DNA from: Promethearchaeota archaeon
GTDB taxonomy: Archaea > Asgardarchaeota > Lokiarchaeia > Sigyniarchaeales > SOKP01
Direction: 5' to 3'
Assembly (NCBI GenBank): GCA_048940645.1
Contig: JBHLOI010000077.1
Coordinates: 1 to 14,222, forward strand
Length of the DNA stretch: 14,222 nt
Shown: positions 1 to 9,371 of the stretch, piece after piece
How the letters are laid out: every line of letters begins with the position of its first letter
How positions within the stretch are numbered: the first letter of the stretch is position 1
Program-made: the position numbers and the translations under genes
Notes under the pieces: model-generated
The model's database searches: none
What the model was told of the DNA's origin: nothing
Seen by the model: the letters and a program-made list of their open reading frames with translations, nothing else

Positions 1-695
1 AGTTGACAAATGTTAATATTCTGATAAAGAAGACTCCCTAAAATGGTATGAATATTTGGTATGGGATCTCCTCCAACATAATTAATATTTAGAGCTCCTT
101 TTTCTGCTAATTTTTCAGCTAAAATTGCTAGTTGCTTATCGCTAACCTTGCGGGCAACTTCTTCAATCGGCCTACAGTTTTTCCACGCTTGAGAAATATC
201 ATAATTTTGGCAAAATACACATCCAAAATTGCAACTTTGAAAGAAGATTGTACCGCTAGGTACTAAAACGCTTTCTTCGCCCATATGGAGGAAGGCACTT
301 GATACATAAGAATCCTTAGTTAGTAAACAATAACCCTTATTCCCATCAACTCTATTAACTTTACACTGCCTTTCGCAAAATATACAATTTTCAAGATATT
401 TATAAGCAATAGTTTCAGCTAATTTAAGATATGAATTTGGGATGATTTCTCTGTTTTTTAGTTCAGGTACTTCTTTCATTAATAATTCTTTAAATTCCGT
501 TGATTTTTCTTTTAATAACTTCTCTAAATTATCTAAAGAATCCTGAGGGTTGAATTCACATTCTAAGCTTTTAGCTATTAAGTACCTGGCTATTTGAGTC
601 CCATCTATTATACCTTTATATCTAGAAAATCTAGATATAATATTTTCATCCTGCCAAACACTACTAGCATCAGGACGAAGTAGTTTAAATACCAT
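1..695 (-). CDS. Radical SAM protein, PflX / pyruvate-formate-lyase-activating-enzyme-like (COG1313-like); 3' end truncated by the window edge
   Basis: Not in the ORF track because it runs off the left edge. Manual translation from ATG at 695: MVFKLLRPDASSVWQDE...ENCIFCERQCKVNR...GYC...SAFLHMGEESVLVPSGTIFFQSCNFGCVFCQNYDISQ...NINYVGGDPIPN. It has the CxxxCxxC motif (210-233), an upstream CxxCxxxC...C cluster, the HxGEE...SGTIFF signature and a GGDP motif. Confidence 0.9.
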   Translation of the reverse strand, partial: MVFKLLRPDASSVWQDENIISRFSRYKGIIDGTQIARYLIAKSLECEFNPQDSLDNLEKLLKEKSTEFKELLMKEVPELKNREIIPNSYLKLAETIAYKYLENCIFCERQCKVNRVDGNKGYCLLTKDSYVSSAFLHMGEESVLVPSGTIFFQSCNFGCVFCQNYDISQAWKNCRPIEEVARKVSDKQLAILAEKLAEKGALNINYVGGDPIPNIHTILGSLLYQNINICQ

Positions 696-724
696 GATTT
701 TATAATAAACAAATTAACTTAAAA

Positions 725-1456
725 CTATATTTCAAATGTTAACCATTTAATAATATTTTCAACGAATACTAAGTTGTCTCCAGCATCTAAACCGTAATCA
801 GAATCCTCTATTAGGAAATCTGAAGAACCGATTGTAATAGCTCTTCCATTATAGAATTCCGAAACAACACATATAGGAACAGGTCCAATTGCGCTTATAT
901 CATCATCGATAAAATATTTGAATTCTGCTTTTTCAGAAGTAACTATTATATCCTCTACATCTTCTTCTGTTATAGTAAAAAAAGTAGAATTAGGAAGCAC
1001 TACTTCTGTAATACCATCAGATATTGGATGACTAAATATTTCATTTATTAAAATATTATTTCTATTAACTAAGAAATTTGAGGAAGCTTCTTGGATAACT
1101 CCATGCCAAAATCTTTTTACTCCAGTAATTTTATAGAGTACTCTAATTGATCCTTGTTTCATAGATATATCTCTATCTCCCCCATCACCACTAGTTAAAA
1201 ATAATGCCCCACCCTCTCCAACAAACTTCTTTATTGCTAATAATTCATCTTTAGTAAATTTATCATCCGTTCCATTTTTAGTGTGTTGGATGTTTCCAAT
1301 AAATAGTATATCAAAATCTTCAAGAATATCAAAATCTATAGGTCCCTCATTTTTATCAATGTAGTCAATATCAATATCTTCTTCACCTAAAGAAATTTCT
1401 GGGAATTCTTCGATTTTTTCCTTATGAGATAAATCAATTAAAATACTGTAACTCAT
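725..1456 (-). CDS. Stand-alone GIFT-domain (IFT52/GldG, class I glutamine-amidotransferase-like fold; DUF4350-like) protein
   Basis: 243-aa acidic ORF. The segments ILIDLSHKE, KFTKDELLAIKKFVGEGGALFLTSGDGG, HPISDGI and GRAITIGSSDFL...DNLVFVENIIKWL follow the GIFT-domain pattern as I recall it from the IFT52 N-terminus. No signal peptide or transmembrane (TM) segment is evident. Confidence 0.7.
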   Translation of the reverse strand: MSYSILIDLSHKEKIEEFPEISLGEEDIDIDYIDKNEGPIDFDILEDFDILFIGNIQHTKNGTDDKFTKDELLAIKKFVGEGGALFLTSGDGGDRDISMKQGSIRVLYKITGVKRFWHGVIQEASSNFLVNRNNILINEIFSHPISDGITEVVLPNSTFFTITEEDVEDIIVTSEKAEFKYFIDDDISAIGPVPICVVSEFYNGRAITIGSSDFLIEDSDYGLDAGDNLVFVENIIKWLTFEI

Positions 1457-1675
1457 TTTGATGATACTCCAGGTTTTAAATTGTTTTCACATGTAAATGA
1501 ATGCTAGAGCAGTTGATTCTTCTATCTTTATAATATGCAATTTATTTGAAATATAAAGATATGTTATTCTTTTTAAATTTATTGAAATCCTAAGATTTAA
1601 GCTTTATTATTACAAAATATTTAAATACAGAAAGAGCAGATAGATATGGAATGATTGATAAAAAACAGTAATATA

Positions 1676-2365
1676 TTATTCTCTAATAGGAATAAATTCC
1701 CTTTCAGCTGGACCTTGCTTCTTCACAACTGCAATATCAATACCATTTCCACTTGCCATATCTCGGATGATAGATGAAGTAACCGCTTTAATAACAATTT
1801 CTTTTCCTTCTTTAATAGAGAGATTTTCCTTATATTTCGCTTCAAAAACACCATAAGAAAAATTTTGGCCACTACCAACTGCACAGAATTTCTCTGGCAA
1901 AATCGAACCATATGCTCCAATATTCAATAGAGTGGGGCCCTCTTCTTCAGTAACTCCGCCGAGAATAAGTCCTACTTCAAATGGAAATAATTTATTTTGA
2001 TATAAGATATTACTCAATAATCTCCCCGTAGAACTTACTTTAATTCGCTTTTCATGTTTTAATTGATATAGGCTAGTTTCAGCTTTTAAAATATCAACAA
2101 GGTATAAAGCATCCGCAACACCACCTGCGATGGTCATATAAAGATAATCTTGGATTTTATGTAGTTTCTCAGCGGTTTTACTTGCTACAAAATATGCCAT
2201 CGAAGCTCTTTTATCTGTACCAAGGATTACTGCATCTTTACAAATCAAACCCACTGTTGTAGTACCTGTTTTATATGTTGGAATATTTTCTTCGTCAAGC
2301 GATTTTATTTCAGCATCTTTCAAAAAAATAGAATTCGAAGGTTTCAATAAATCTTCTTTTTTCAT
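1676..2365 (-). CDS. psmB: 20S proteasome beta subunit (Thr protease) with a 34-aa propeptide
   Basis: Autocleavage site KTG|TTTVG. Mature numbering gives Thr1, Asp17 (GTDKRA) and Lys33 (AEK). AVGSG and RDMASG motifs are present. Confidence 0.97.
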   Translation of the reverse strand: MKKEDLLKPSNSIFLKDAEIKSLDEENIPTYKTGTTTVGLICKDAVILGTDKRASMAYFVASKTAEKLHKIQDYLYMTIAGGVADALYLVDILKAETSLYQLKHEKRIKVSSTGRLLSNILYQNKLFPFEVGLILGGVTEEEGPTLLNIGAYGSILPEKFCAVGSGQNFSYGVFEAKYKENLSIKEGKEIVIKAVTSSIIRDMASGNGIDIAVVKKQGPAEREFIPIRE

Positions 2366-2578
2366 AATTGTTCTAAAGTAGTATTATTTTAATAATTTTT
2401 TTGTAATTTTCTATAAATTATAAGGATTCAAGATGGGATGATTTAAAAAAATTCCAAATACCAAATTTCTTCACTTTTACCTTTCAAAATATGATCACGC
2501 TTTTCTAAAGATATTACTAAATTTTTTATATTATTCTGATTTCATTCTCTAAACCACAAAGATTATTATGCATAAATA

Positions 2579-3751
2579 ATGTATGATGTAGTAATCTCAG
2601 GGGCTGGACCTGCTGGTTCAAAATGCGCTGAAATCATTGCTAAAGCAGGATATAAAGTTGCTTTGATAGAAAGAGATTGTAATTGGCGTAAACCATGTGG
2701 AGGAGCTGTTAGTTCTAAAATATTCAAATATTTTCCACAATTGCGAAAATTGGATTATTCTCCTATATTTGGAATGACAATATATTCTGCAGATTATCAT
2801 CAATTAAAGTATTCATGGAAAAGTATAAGAGATTACTCAATCAATGTAGATCGCCTTTCATTTGATAATTTTATAAGAAACATTGCTGTAGATAGTGGAG
2901 CTGAATTATTTGATAAAAATATCTCTATTGATTTTATAAGAAAAAATGGCAAAAGAGTTGGTATAAAAACAAAAACCTCTTTTGGTATAGAAGAATACTA
3001 TGGAAAAATACTTATTATAGCTGATGGAATGAGTTCAAAATTAGCAATTAAATCTGGCTTACGAGAAAAATGGAAACTTAACGAAATTGGTCTAGGTAAA
3101 TGTGCCATATTAGAAGGGGAAAATTATCTAGAGAAAGAAAATATGTCAATATTTTTTAAACCGTATAAAGGATATGCGTGGATATTTCCATTGGAAGAAA
3201 ATAAATTTAATATTGGCTATGGTACTTGGCAAATAGAAGGCTCAAATATTAATCAAATTTTTAATGAATTTCTTAATGAACCTTTTTTAAATGATTTCTT
3301 TCCGCATAAAAATTATAAAAATCTCTGGGAAGGAACTTACCCTATACCTGCTACAGGAGTAAGAGAAAAAAGTTTGTATAATGATAATTTAATGATTATT
3401 GGGGATGCTGCTGGTTTTGTATCTCCAATAAGTGGTGAAGGGATACATCCTAGCATAGTATCTGGAAATTTTGCTGCTGAAACTGCTATTAAAGCTTTAG
3501 AAGTTGAAGATACCTCCAAAAACACGTTGAAGAATTATAAATCTCATCCTAATATTAGAAAAATTATTAGAAATTTTAAAATGAAAATCCCAATGATTGA
3601 TTTCTTTTTCGAATACGGAGGAAAAAATCTTTCAAACATGTTAAAATTAGCAGAAAACGATGAAAATTATAAAGAACAAGTTATTAATATGTTTCTATTT
3701 AACCAAGTTCTCTCAAAAGATTTCTTATTAAAGATAAAAGAAAATAAATGA
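2579..3751 (+). CDS. Geranylgeranyl reductase family FAD oxidoreductase (digeranylgeranylglycerophospholipid reductase-like)
   Basis: YDVVISGAGPAG FAD motif, KPCGGA, IIADG, PYKGYAWIFP (YxWxFP) and IGDAAGFVSPISGEGI. Confidence 0.92.
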   Translation: MYDVVISGAGPAGSKCAEIIAKAGYKVALIERDCNWRKPCGGAVSSKIFKYFPQLRKLDYSPIFGMTIYSADYHQLKYSWKSIRDYSINVDRLSFDNFIRNIAVDSGAELFDKNISIDFIRKNGKRVGIKTKTSFGIEEYYGKILIIADGMSSKLAIKSGLREKWKLNEIGLGKCAILEGENYLEKENMSIFFKPYKGYAWIFPLEENKFNIGYGTWQIEGSNINQIFNEFLNEPFLNDFFPHKNYKNLWEGTYPIPATGVREKSLYNDNLMIIGDAAGFVSPISGEGIHPSIVSGNFAAETAIKALEVEDTSKNTLKNYKSHPNIRKIIRNFKMKIPMIDFFFEYGGKNLSNMLKLAENDENYKEQVINMFLFNQVLSKDFLLKIKENK

Positions 3752-4383
3752 AGTGTTGTCAAAGAATGGAAGATTTAAAATTTTATTTTAACAAATTATT
3801 AAAGACTCAGATTGGTCCTGTCTGTGGATTATTATCAGTTATAATTGGATTAAGTAGTGATTTAATAGCTCTTTCATTTTTTTCAGGATTTGATTTCAAT
3901 AATATGATAAGCTGGCTGGGAGGAGAATATTCTCCATGTGCCTTACTTTTTAATTTAGGCATAATTTTTTCTGGAATCTTTGCTTTTCCTTTATTTCTTC
4001 ATATAAATAGAGTCCTTAAAGAGGAGAACATATCTTCAAAATTACGAAAAGCTACAATAGTCATAGCGTTAAATTCATGCATATTTTTTACTTTAGTGGG
4101 TGTTTTTCCGTCCTTAGCGTATAACGAATTATTCAGTTTTTTGCACGGAATTTTTTTTGTAATTAGTATGATCGGAGGAATAATCTATTTACTATTCTAT
4201 AGTGTATTATTTTTGAAGAGTATTAGTTTTAATAGATTCCAATCCTATTTAGGCTTTGTTGTCATTTTAATATTTGTGATCTTTTTATTTACCTGGATTC
4301 CCATTATTGAATGGTTAATGACTTTTGCAATTATTACGTGGATGACAACTATATCAATTTATTTGCTATATAAGAGGCTGTAA
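3748..4383 (+). CDS. Multi-pass membrane protein, DUF998-like
   Basis: About 5-6 hydrophobic helices with ISWLG, LFNLGIIFSG, LVGVFP, HG and IIEW motifs typical of DUF998/Frag1-like proteins. ATGA overlap with the reductase stop suggests translational coupling; an alternative ATG lies at 3766. Confidence 0.65.
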   Translation: MKCCQRMEDLKFYFNKLLKTQIGPVCGLLSVIIGLSSDLIALSFFSGFDFNNMISWLGGEYSPCALLFNLGIIFSGIFAFPLFLHINRVLKEENISSKLRKATIVIALNSCIFFTLVGVFPSLAYNELFSFLHGIFFVISMIGGIIYLLFYSVLFLKSISFNRFQSYLGFVVILIFVIFLFTWIPIIEWLMTFAIITWMTTISIYLLYKRL

Positions 4384-4536
4384 TTAACTTCTTGAAATAT
4401 CTATCAATTCAAAAAAGATGAGCTTCTCGTCTTATATACTGGAGAAATATTTTAATTATCTTTTCTATTAATCTTAAATTTCAATTTAAAATTAATTATA
4501 AAATAGTTTTAAAACAATATTTAATACATTAATTTA

Positions 4537-5472
4537 ATGGCTGAATTAATAGGGTACATATTAACCCTAGACGCTCTTTTTACATGGGCAGCAGCTTCCC
4601 TTGTTTATAAGTGGGGTCTCAGGAAAACCCAACCAAAAGCTAATTTATTCTTTAGACTTTGTTGTGTTAGTTTTAGTACATTTTTAATTTCATTAATTTT
4701 TGGGAATTATTTATTTCTTAATGATATGAATAATGTAGAATTAACTGTCTTTCTAATGATATGCCTTATATCAGGTTTAAGTGTAACTATTGGAGATTTA
4801 TTTTATTATATGTCATTAAAGCGGATTGATGCATCTCGCGCTTATCCACTTACTCAATTATCGTTGATATTTGTATATCCATTTTCTTTTTTCCTTTTTG
4901 GTGAAGAATTAACGGCTTCAATATTAATTGGAGGTTTATTAATTTTATCAAGTGTATTTATATTAAGTACAAAAGATAAATCTGACAAAATCAAATTAAA
5001 AAGAAGTTTAAAGGAAAGAATTTCAGAAGACTTAATTCTAGGTGTATTATTAGCAATAGGAACAGCTTTTTTTTGGGCTATTGCTTATGTTTCATTAAAC
5101 CAAGCTAGAATTTTAACGGGGGATGTATTTGTTTCTAATTTCTTTCGAGTGAGTTTTGGTATGATAGCGATAGCAATATTAGGAGCATTTCAAAAAGAAT
5201 ATTATAATGGATTTAAAAAGGAAAATAAAAATAATCTAAAGTACTTTATATTTATTGGAATAGCCGGAATGTTATCTTTAGGGTTAGCAGATGCGATTTT
5301 TATTTTAGCCGCAGAAATTAATGAATTAGCATTAACCGCAACAATTACCGCAAATACACCTATGGTTCAGCAAATTCTCTCGATTTTATTTTTAAAAGAA
5401 AAATTTCGAAAAAGATTTTTACTTGCAGTTGTATTAATAATTACTGGCAATTATATTATATTGTTTCTCTAA
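4537..5472 (+). CDS. DMT/EamA family transporter
   Basis: 311 aa with about 10 TM helices in two repeats. Motifs W.....K, SLKRIDASRAYP, FLFGEEL and LFLKEKF. Confidence 0.9.
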   Translation: MAELIGYILTLDALFTWAAASLVYKWGLRKTQPKANLFFRLCCVSFSTFLISLIFGNYLFLNDMNNVELTVFLMICLISGLSVTIGDLFYYMSLKRIDASRAYPLTQLSLIFVYPFSFFLFGEELTASILIGGLLILSSVFILSTKDKSDKIKLKRSLKERISEDLILGVLLAIGTAFFWAIAYVSLNQARILTGDVFVSNFFRVSFGMIAIAILGAFQKEYYNGFKKENKNNLKYFIFIGIAGMLSLGLADAIFILAAEINELALTATITANTPMVQQILSILFLKEKFRKRFLLAVVLIITGNYIILFL

Positions 5473-5485
5473 ATTTTTAGATACT

Positions 5486-6514
5486 ATGATAAAAATAGAA
5501 ATTATACTATTGGCAAATAACGTTGTTTTTCCTTGGCAAAACCTCCAAAATTCCGAAGGCTTAAATTATATCGAGCTAAATAAGTTATTCGCTACGCGAT
5601 CAATAGCAGAACATGGTTTAGGATTTCTTATTAATATTTGGGAAGTTAAGGGAAAGAAAGATACTTCTAGTAACATATTATTAAAGAAGATAATTTTTGA
5701 TACAGGTAGCACTAATCTAAGTTTCTTACATAATTTGGATGTAAGAGGCTATCCTCTTTATGATGTTGATACAATAGTTCTATCTCATTGGCATTACGAT
5801 CACACAGGTGGTTTATATAAGATTTTAGAAAGAATTGAGAATCAAGTTGATATTATTAGCCATCATTATGCAAATTTTGAAAGAATTTTCAATCGTACAA
5901 AAGAAATTCAAAATCAAGATTTAATAGGTAAGACAAGAAAAGATATTATTCCATTATTAGAATCATCAAAAGTTGTAAATCAAGTCCCCATTAATTTAGA
6001 AAAAGTAGATTATTTAAACGGGAATATAATTTTTTCAAAAGATAAGATTGAAATTTTTAAGCAGGATGATTTAAAAATTTTAATTAGTGGAGAAATCCCT
6101 AGGAAAAACAAGGTAGAAGATTTTCACAATTTTTTATTGCTTCACAATGGTCTAATTAGTTTAGATAAAATTTGGGACGATAAGTGTATAATTATCGAAC
6201 ATTCAGATAATATTATAATATTAAATGGATGTTGTCATTCTGGAATAATAAATACACTTAATTATATAAAAACCTTAACTAATAAACCTATTAGTCACAT
6301 AATTGGAGGATTTCATATGGCTAGCGCGTCAAATAATAGAATTGAAAGAACGATAGAATATTTTAATGAGTTCCAAATTGAGAAAGTAGATCTGTTTCCA
6401 ATTCATTGTTCTGGTCAAAATTTCATAGATACTATAGAAAAAGCAAAAATTCCTGGGATTAGAGCCTTTAATATTAGTGTTGGTACAACATTTAATTTAT
6501 ATACTAATCTTTAA
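5486..6514 (+). CDS. MBL-fold metallo-hydrolase (COG1237-like)
   Basis: AEHGLG, FDTG, SHWHYDHTGG (HxHxDH), GCCHSG, IGGFH and PIHCSG. It starts 13 bp after the EamA gene. Confidence 0.92.
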   Translation: MIKIEIILLANNVVFPWQNLQNSEGLNYIELNKLFATRSIAEHGLGFLINIWEVKGKKDTSSNILLKKIIFDTGSTNLSFLHNLDVRGYPLYDVDTIVLSHWHYDHTGGLYKILERIENQVDIISHHYANFERIFNRTKEIQNQDLIGKTRKDIIPLLESSKVVNQVPINLEKVDYLNGNIIFSKDKIEIFKQDDLKILISGEIPRKNKVEDFHNFLLLHNGLISLDKIWDDKCIIIEHSDNIIILNGCCHSGIINTLNYIKTLTNKPISHIIGGFHMASASNNRIERTIEYFNEFQIEKVDLFPIHCSGQNFIDTIEKAKIPGIRAFNISVGTTFNLYTNL

Positions 6515-6609
6515 ACTAAATAAAATTTTTTAATTGTAACTAAATGTTTAATAGCCCATAAATGAACTTATATCATAATCCAAATGTTATTTTTTTCATG
6601 ATAGAAAAC

Positions 6610-7290
6610 ATGATGATAGAAAACAGAATGGAGAGACAAAAAAGACAAGCAGATGGGATTAATTTAGTAATTTTACTTATAGGCGTTTTAATCATCCCTT
6701 TATTTTTAAAATTAACATTTATAATGTCAATTATTATGTATCCAATGTGCTCATTATTAATTTACGGAATTTTAAAAATTCGTAAAGGTTTCACTAAAAA
6801 TCTTAATAATGTACCACTAAAAGTATTAAATATATTATTTGGTATTGGATGTATTTTATTTGGATTGTTTTTAATAATTTTTATCTTTTCCTTTCCAAAT
6901 ACAAGTTTAAATCAAATAATATATCTTTTAGCTTTTCCAGCAATAATAACTGGTTTATCGGGAATTGTCAAGGGTATTATTATTAAGGAATATCCATATA
7001 AATATCGAGCAATGAATATTTATGTAGGGATAATAACTCTAATCATCACAATAATTGCCTTTAGTTTAACAGAGAGTGGTTTTATTTTTCATATCTTTTC
7101 TCTACCAATTACCATTCTGCTCAATATCATCTCTAGGGCAGCTATGTACTTAAGTCAATATAAATTACTATTAAGATTCAGAAATATTCGATATTTCTTC
7201 TATATTATAAATGATTATCCTGAATTTGAAATTTCTCGAAAGATAATGCTAAGAAAACTGATGATAAAACAAAAAATTAAGAATTCTTAG
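6610..7290 (+). CDS. Uncharacterised ~6-TM membrane protein, tandem paralog 1 (possibly HdeD/DUF308-like)
   Basis: The ORF track starts at 6562, but alignment to paralog 2 (MMIENRMERQK vs MMEIEDTMYKQK) favours ATG 6610 (or 6598). Internal repeat LNILFGIGCILFG / MNIYVGIITLII. Confidence 0.75.
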   Translation: MMIENRMERQKRQADGINLVILLIGVLIIPLFLKLTFIMSIIMYPMCSLLIYGILKIRKGFTKNLNNVPLKVLNILFGIGCILFGLFLIIFIFSFPNTSLNQIIYLLAFPAIITGLSGIVKGIIIKEYPYKYRAMNIYVGIITLIITIIAFSLTESGFIFHIFSLPITILLNIISRAAMYLSQYKLLLRFRNIRYFFYIINDYPEFEISRKIMLRKLMIKQKIKNS

Positions 7291-7673
7291 AATACGAGCC
7301 CATAATATTAGTGCTAGTACAATATTTAATTTCTATCAGAACTAAACTAAAAATTTAATAAGCATTTTATGAAATAATTATATTATAGGATAAAAACAAA
7401 AGTTGGTTTTATTATATGATGGAAATAGAAGATACAATGTATAAACAAAAGCTACTTGCCAATAATATTAACACTGGTGTTTTATTTATAGGAGTATTAT
7501 CTCTTGGTTTGTTTTTAAGAATAACATTTATCATGTCATTTATTTTTTATCCTATGTTTTCACTATTAATTTATGGGACTTTAAAAATACGTAAAGGCCT
7601 TAGTAAAAAAATTAATGAATTATCATTAAAAATATTAAATATATTATTTGGTATTGGATGTATTTTATTTGGA
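6824..7673 (+). repeat. 41-bp perfect direct repeat between the paralogs (6824-6864 and 7633-7673)
   Basis: TATTAAATATATTATTTGGTATTGGATGTATTTTATTTGGA occurs at both sites. A second 28-bp identity lies at 7190-7217 and 7999-8026. Confidence 0.9.
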
Positions 7674-8084
7674 GTGTGGTTTCTAATATTTCTATTTTCC
7701 TATCCAAGTGTTGATTTAAATCAGATGATTTATCTTATAGCTTTTCCAACTATGATAGTTGGTACAGCAGGAATTGTAAAAGGTTTCATTATTAAGGAAT
7801 ATCCATTTAAATACCGAGCAATGAATATTTATGTGGGAATAATAACGGTGATAATGACAATATTTAATTTTATTTTAGCAGAAAATTTTTTTATTTATCA
7901 TATATCTTCTTTAACTATAATTATTCTCCTTAATATAATCTCAAGAGCTGCAATGTATTTAAGTCAATACAAGCTATCACTAAAATTCACAAATTTAAGA
8001 TATTTCTTCTATATTATAAATGATTACCCTGAATATGAAATATTTCGAAGGATAACGTTAAGAAATCTTGCTCACAAGAAATAA
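7416..8084 (+). CDS. Uncharacterised ~6-TM membrane protein, tandem paralog 2 (possibly HdeD/DUF308-like)
   Basis: Collinear with the upstream ORF over its whole length. Identical blocks are LNILFGIGCILFG, KYRAMNIYVGIIT, LLNIISRAAMYLSQYKL and RYFFYIINDYPE. Confidence 0.8.
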   Translation: MMEIEDTMYKQKLLANNINTGVLFIGVLSLGLFLRITFIMSFIFYPMFSLLIYGTLKIRKGLSKKINELSLKILNILFGIGCILFGVWFLIFLFSYPSVDLNQMIYLIAFPTMIVGTAGIVKGFIIKEYPFKYRAMNIYVGIITVIMTIFNFILAENFFIYHISSLTIIILLNIISRAAMYLSQYKLSLKFTNLRYFFYIINDYPEYEIFRRITLRNLAHKK

Positions 8085-8242
8085 ATTATCCTTTTTTCAA
8101 ATTATTTCTATATCTTTATCGATTTTTAATTAGAAATTATTTACAAGTATAACTTAGAAATAATAAACATTATATCAAGAGCCAGCTTTAATTTTAACTA
8201 TTAAACTAAAAAATTTTAACAATTCCAAAAAATGAAGTAATT

Positions 8243-9367
8243 ATGCCCGAAATTCATTTTAATAAGGAAAAAGGTTCAGAGTTGAAATTATTCACTCCAG
8301 GTCCAGTTCACGTCCCAAAAAGAGTGTTAGATGAAATAGCAAAACCAAATGATACACATAGATCACAGCCTTATTCAGAAATGCATCATATGGCAACAGA
8401 AGGCCTTCAAAAGTTATTATATACTAAAAATGAATGCTTACTCTTTACATCAAGTGCTACGGGTGTTATGGAAGCATGTGTTAGAAATTTAGTGAAAAGT
8501 GATGAAAAAGTACTATTCTTGTCGATTGGAGCATTTGGTGACAGATGGTATGATATTGGAGTATCAAATGATAAAAATGCCGTGAAAGAAGGTGTGGAAT
8601 GGGGGGGCGCGATTACTCCTGAGTTTGCCCAAGAAGTACTGGAGACAGACAAATATTCGGTGGTTTGTATACAAGCTAATGAAACATCTACGGGAGTGTA
8701 TAATCCTATAGATCAAGTTGTCCCTATTCTTAAAGATTATGATGCATTAGTATGTGTTGATGCTACCTCTTCAATGGCGGGTGTCAAACTGGAAGTTGAT
8801 AAATTAGGCATTGATGTATGTCTAGCTTCAGTCCAAAAATGTTTTGCATTGCCACCTGGACTTGCAGTTTGTTCAATCTCACAGGAAGCAATAGAGAAAA
8901 CCTCTCAAGTTAAAAATAGAGGCTTTTATTTTGATTTTAATGATTTATTAAAAAGAAATAAGCTTCATCAAACACCTACTACACCTCCAATTCCCCAAAT
9001 TCGAGGCTTAGTGGCTCAATTAGATTATATGCTAAATGATGAAGGGTTAGAAAAACGCTTTGAAAGGCACACACGTTTAGGAAAGCGTACAAGAATGTGG
9101 GCTCGAGATATGAACTTGGAGATGTTTCCTATTAAAGAAGAGTTCTGCTCAAATACTGTATCAACAATGCAAAATTCTTTGAATATAGACTTTGGTAAAA
9201 TGGTATCAACCTTATTAGAAAGAGGTTATCGAATTGTGAATGGTTATGGTTCATTGAAAGGAAAAACATTTAGAATTGGACACATGGGTGAAATTACTGT
9301 AAAAGAGCTTGAGGAAATGCTTAAGATTTTAACTGATATTGTTGCTGAATTAAGACTAAATAAATAA
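8243..9367 (+). CDS. Class V PLP-dependent aminotransferase (serine-pyruvate/alanine-glyoxylate family, COG0075); probable phosphoserine aminotransferase by context
   Basis: LFTPGP, SSATGVMEA, NETSTGV, VDATSS, SVQKCFALPPG (PLP lysine), TPTTP and FRIGHMG. It ends 4 bp upstream of serA. Confidence 0.92.
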   Translation: MPEIHFNKEKGSELKLFTPGPVHVPKRVLDEIAKPNDTHRSQPYSEMHHMATEGLQKLLYTKNECLLFTSSATGVMEACVRNLVKSDEKVLFLSIGAFGDRWYDIGVSNDKNAVKEGVEWGGAITPEFAQEVLETDKYSVVCIQANETSTGVYNPIDQVVPILKDYDALVCVDATSSMAGVKLEVDKLGIDVCLASVQKCFALPPGLAVCSISQEAIEKTSQVKNRGFYFDFNDLLKRNKLHQTPTTPPIPQIRGLVAQLDYMLNDEGLEKRFERHTRLGKRTRMWARDMNLEMFPIKEEFCSNTVSTMQNSLNIDFGKMVSTLLERGYRIVNGYGSLKGKTFRIGHMGEITVKELEEMLKILTDIVAELRLNK

Positions 9368-9371
9368 AGTT

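Noticed and set aside
1495-1520. ATGA-ATGCT-AG-AGCA-GTT-GA hairpin as a SECIS or K-turn element
   Set aside because: The stem is too short, it lies on the strand opposite the flanking genes, and no in-frame UGA selenoprotein candidate was seen. The reductase TGA is an ordinary stop overlapping the next start.
1723-1920. 65-aa ORF inside psmB
   Set aside because: Alternative frame nested in a well-conserved gene, with no recognisable motif.
2430-2540. Possible C/D-box sRNA in the psmB/reductase intergenic region
   Set aside because: Only degenerate box C matches, about 100 nt from a CTGA, with no clear C'/D' boxes.
2618-3525. Two short antisense ORFs (2618-2803, 3337-3525)
   Set aside because: Shadow ORFs opposite the geranylgeranyl reductase.
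6598-6625. 13-bp direct repeat ATGATAGAAAACA at the start of paralog 1; also (ATG)4 at 9372
   Set aside because: Real but likely simple slippage duplications. They only affect start-codon choice.
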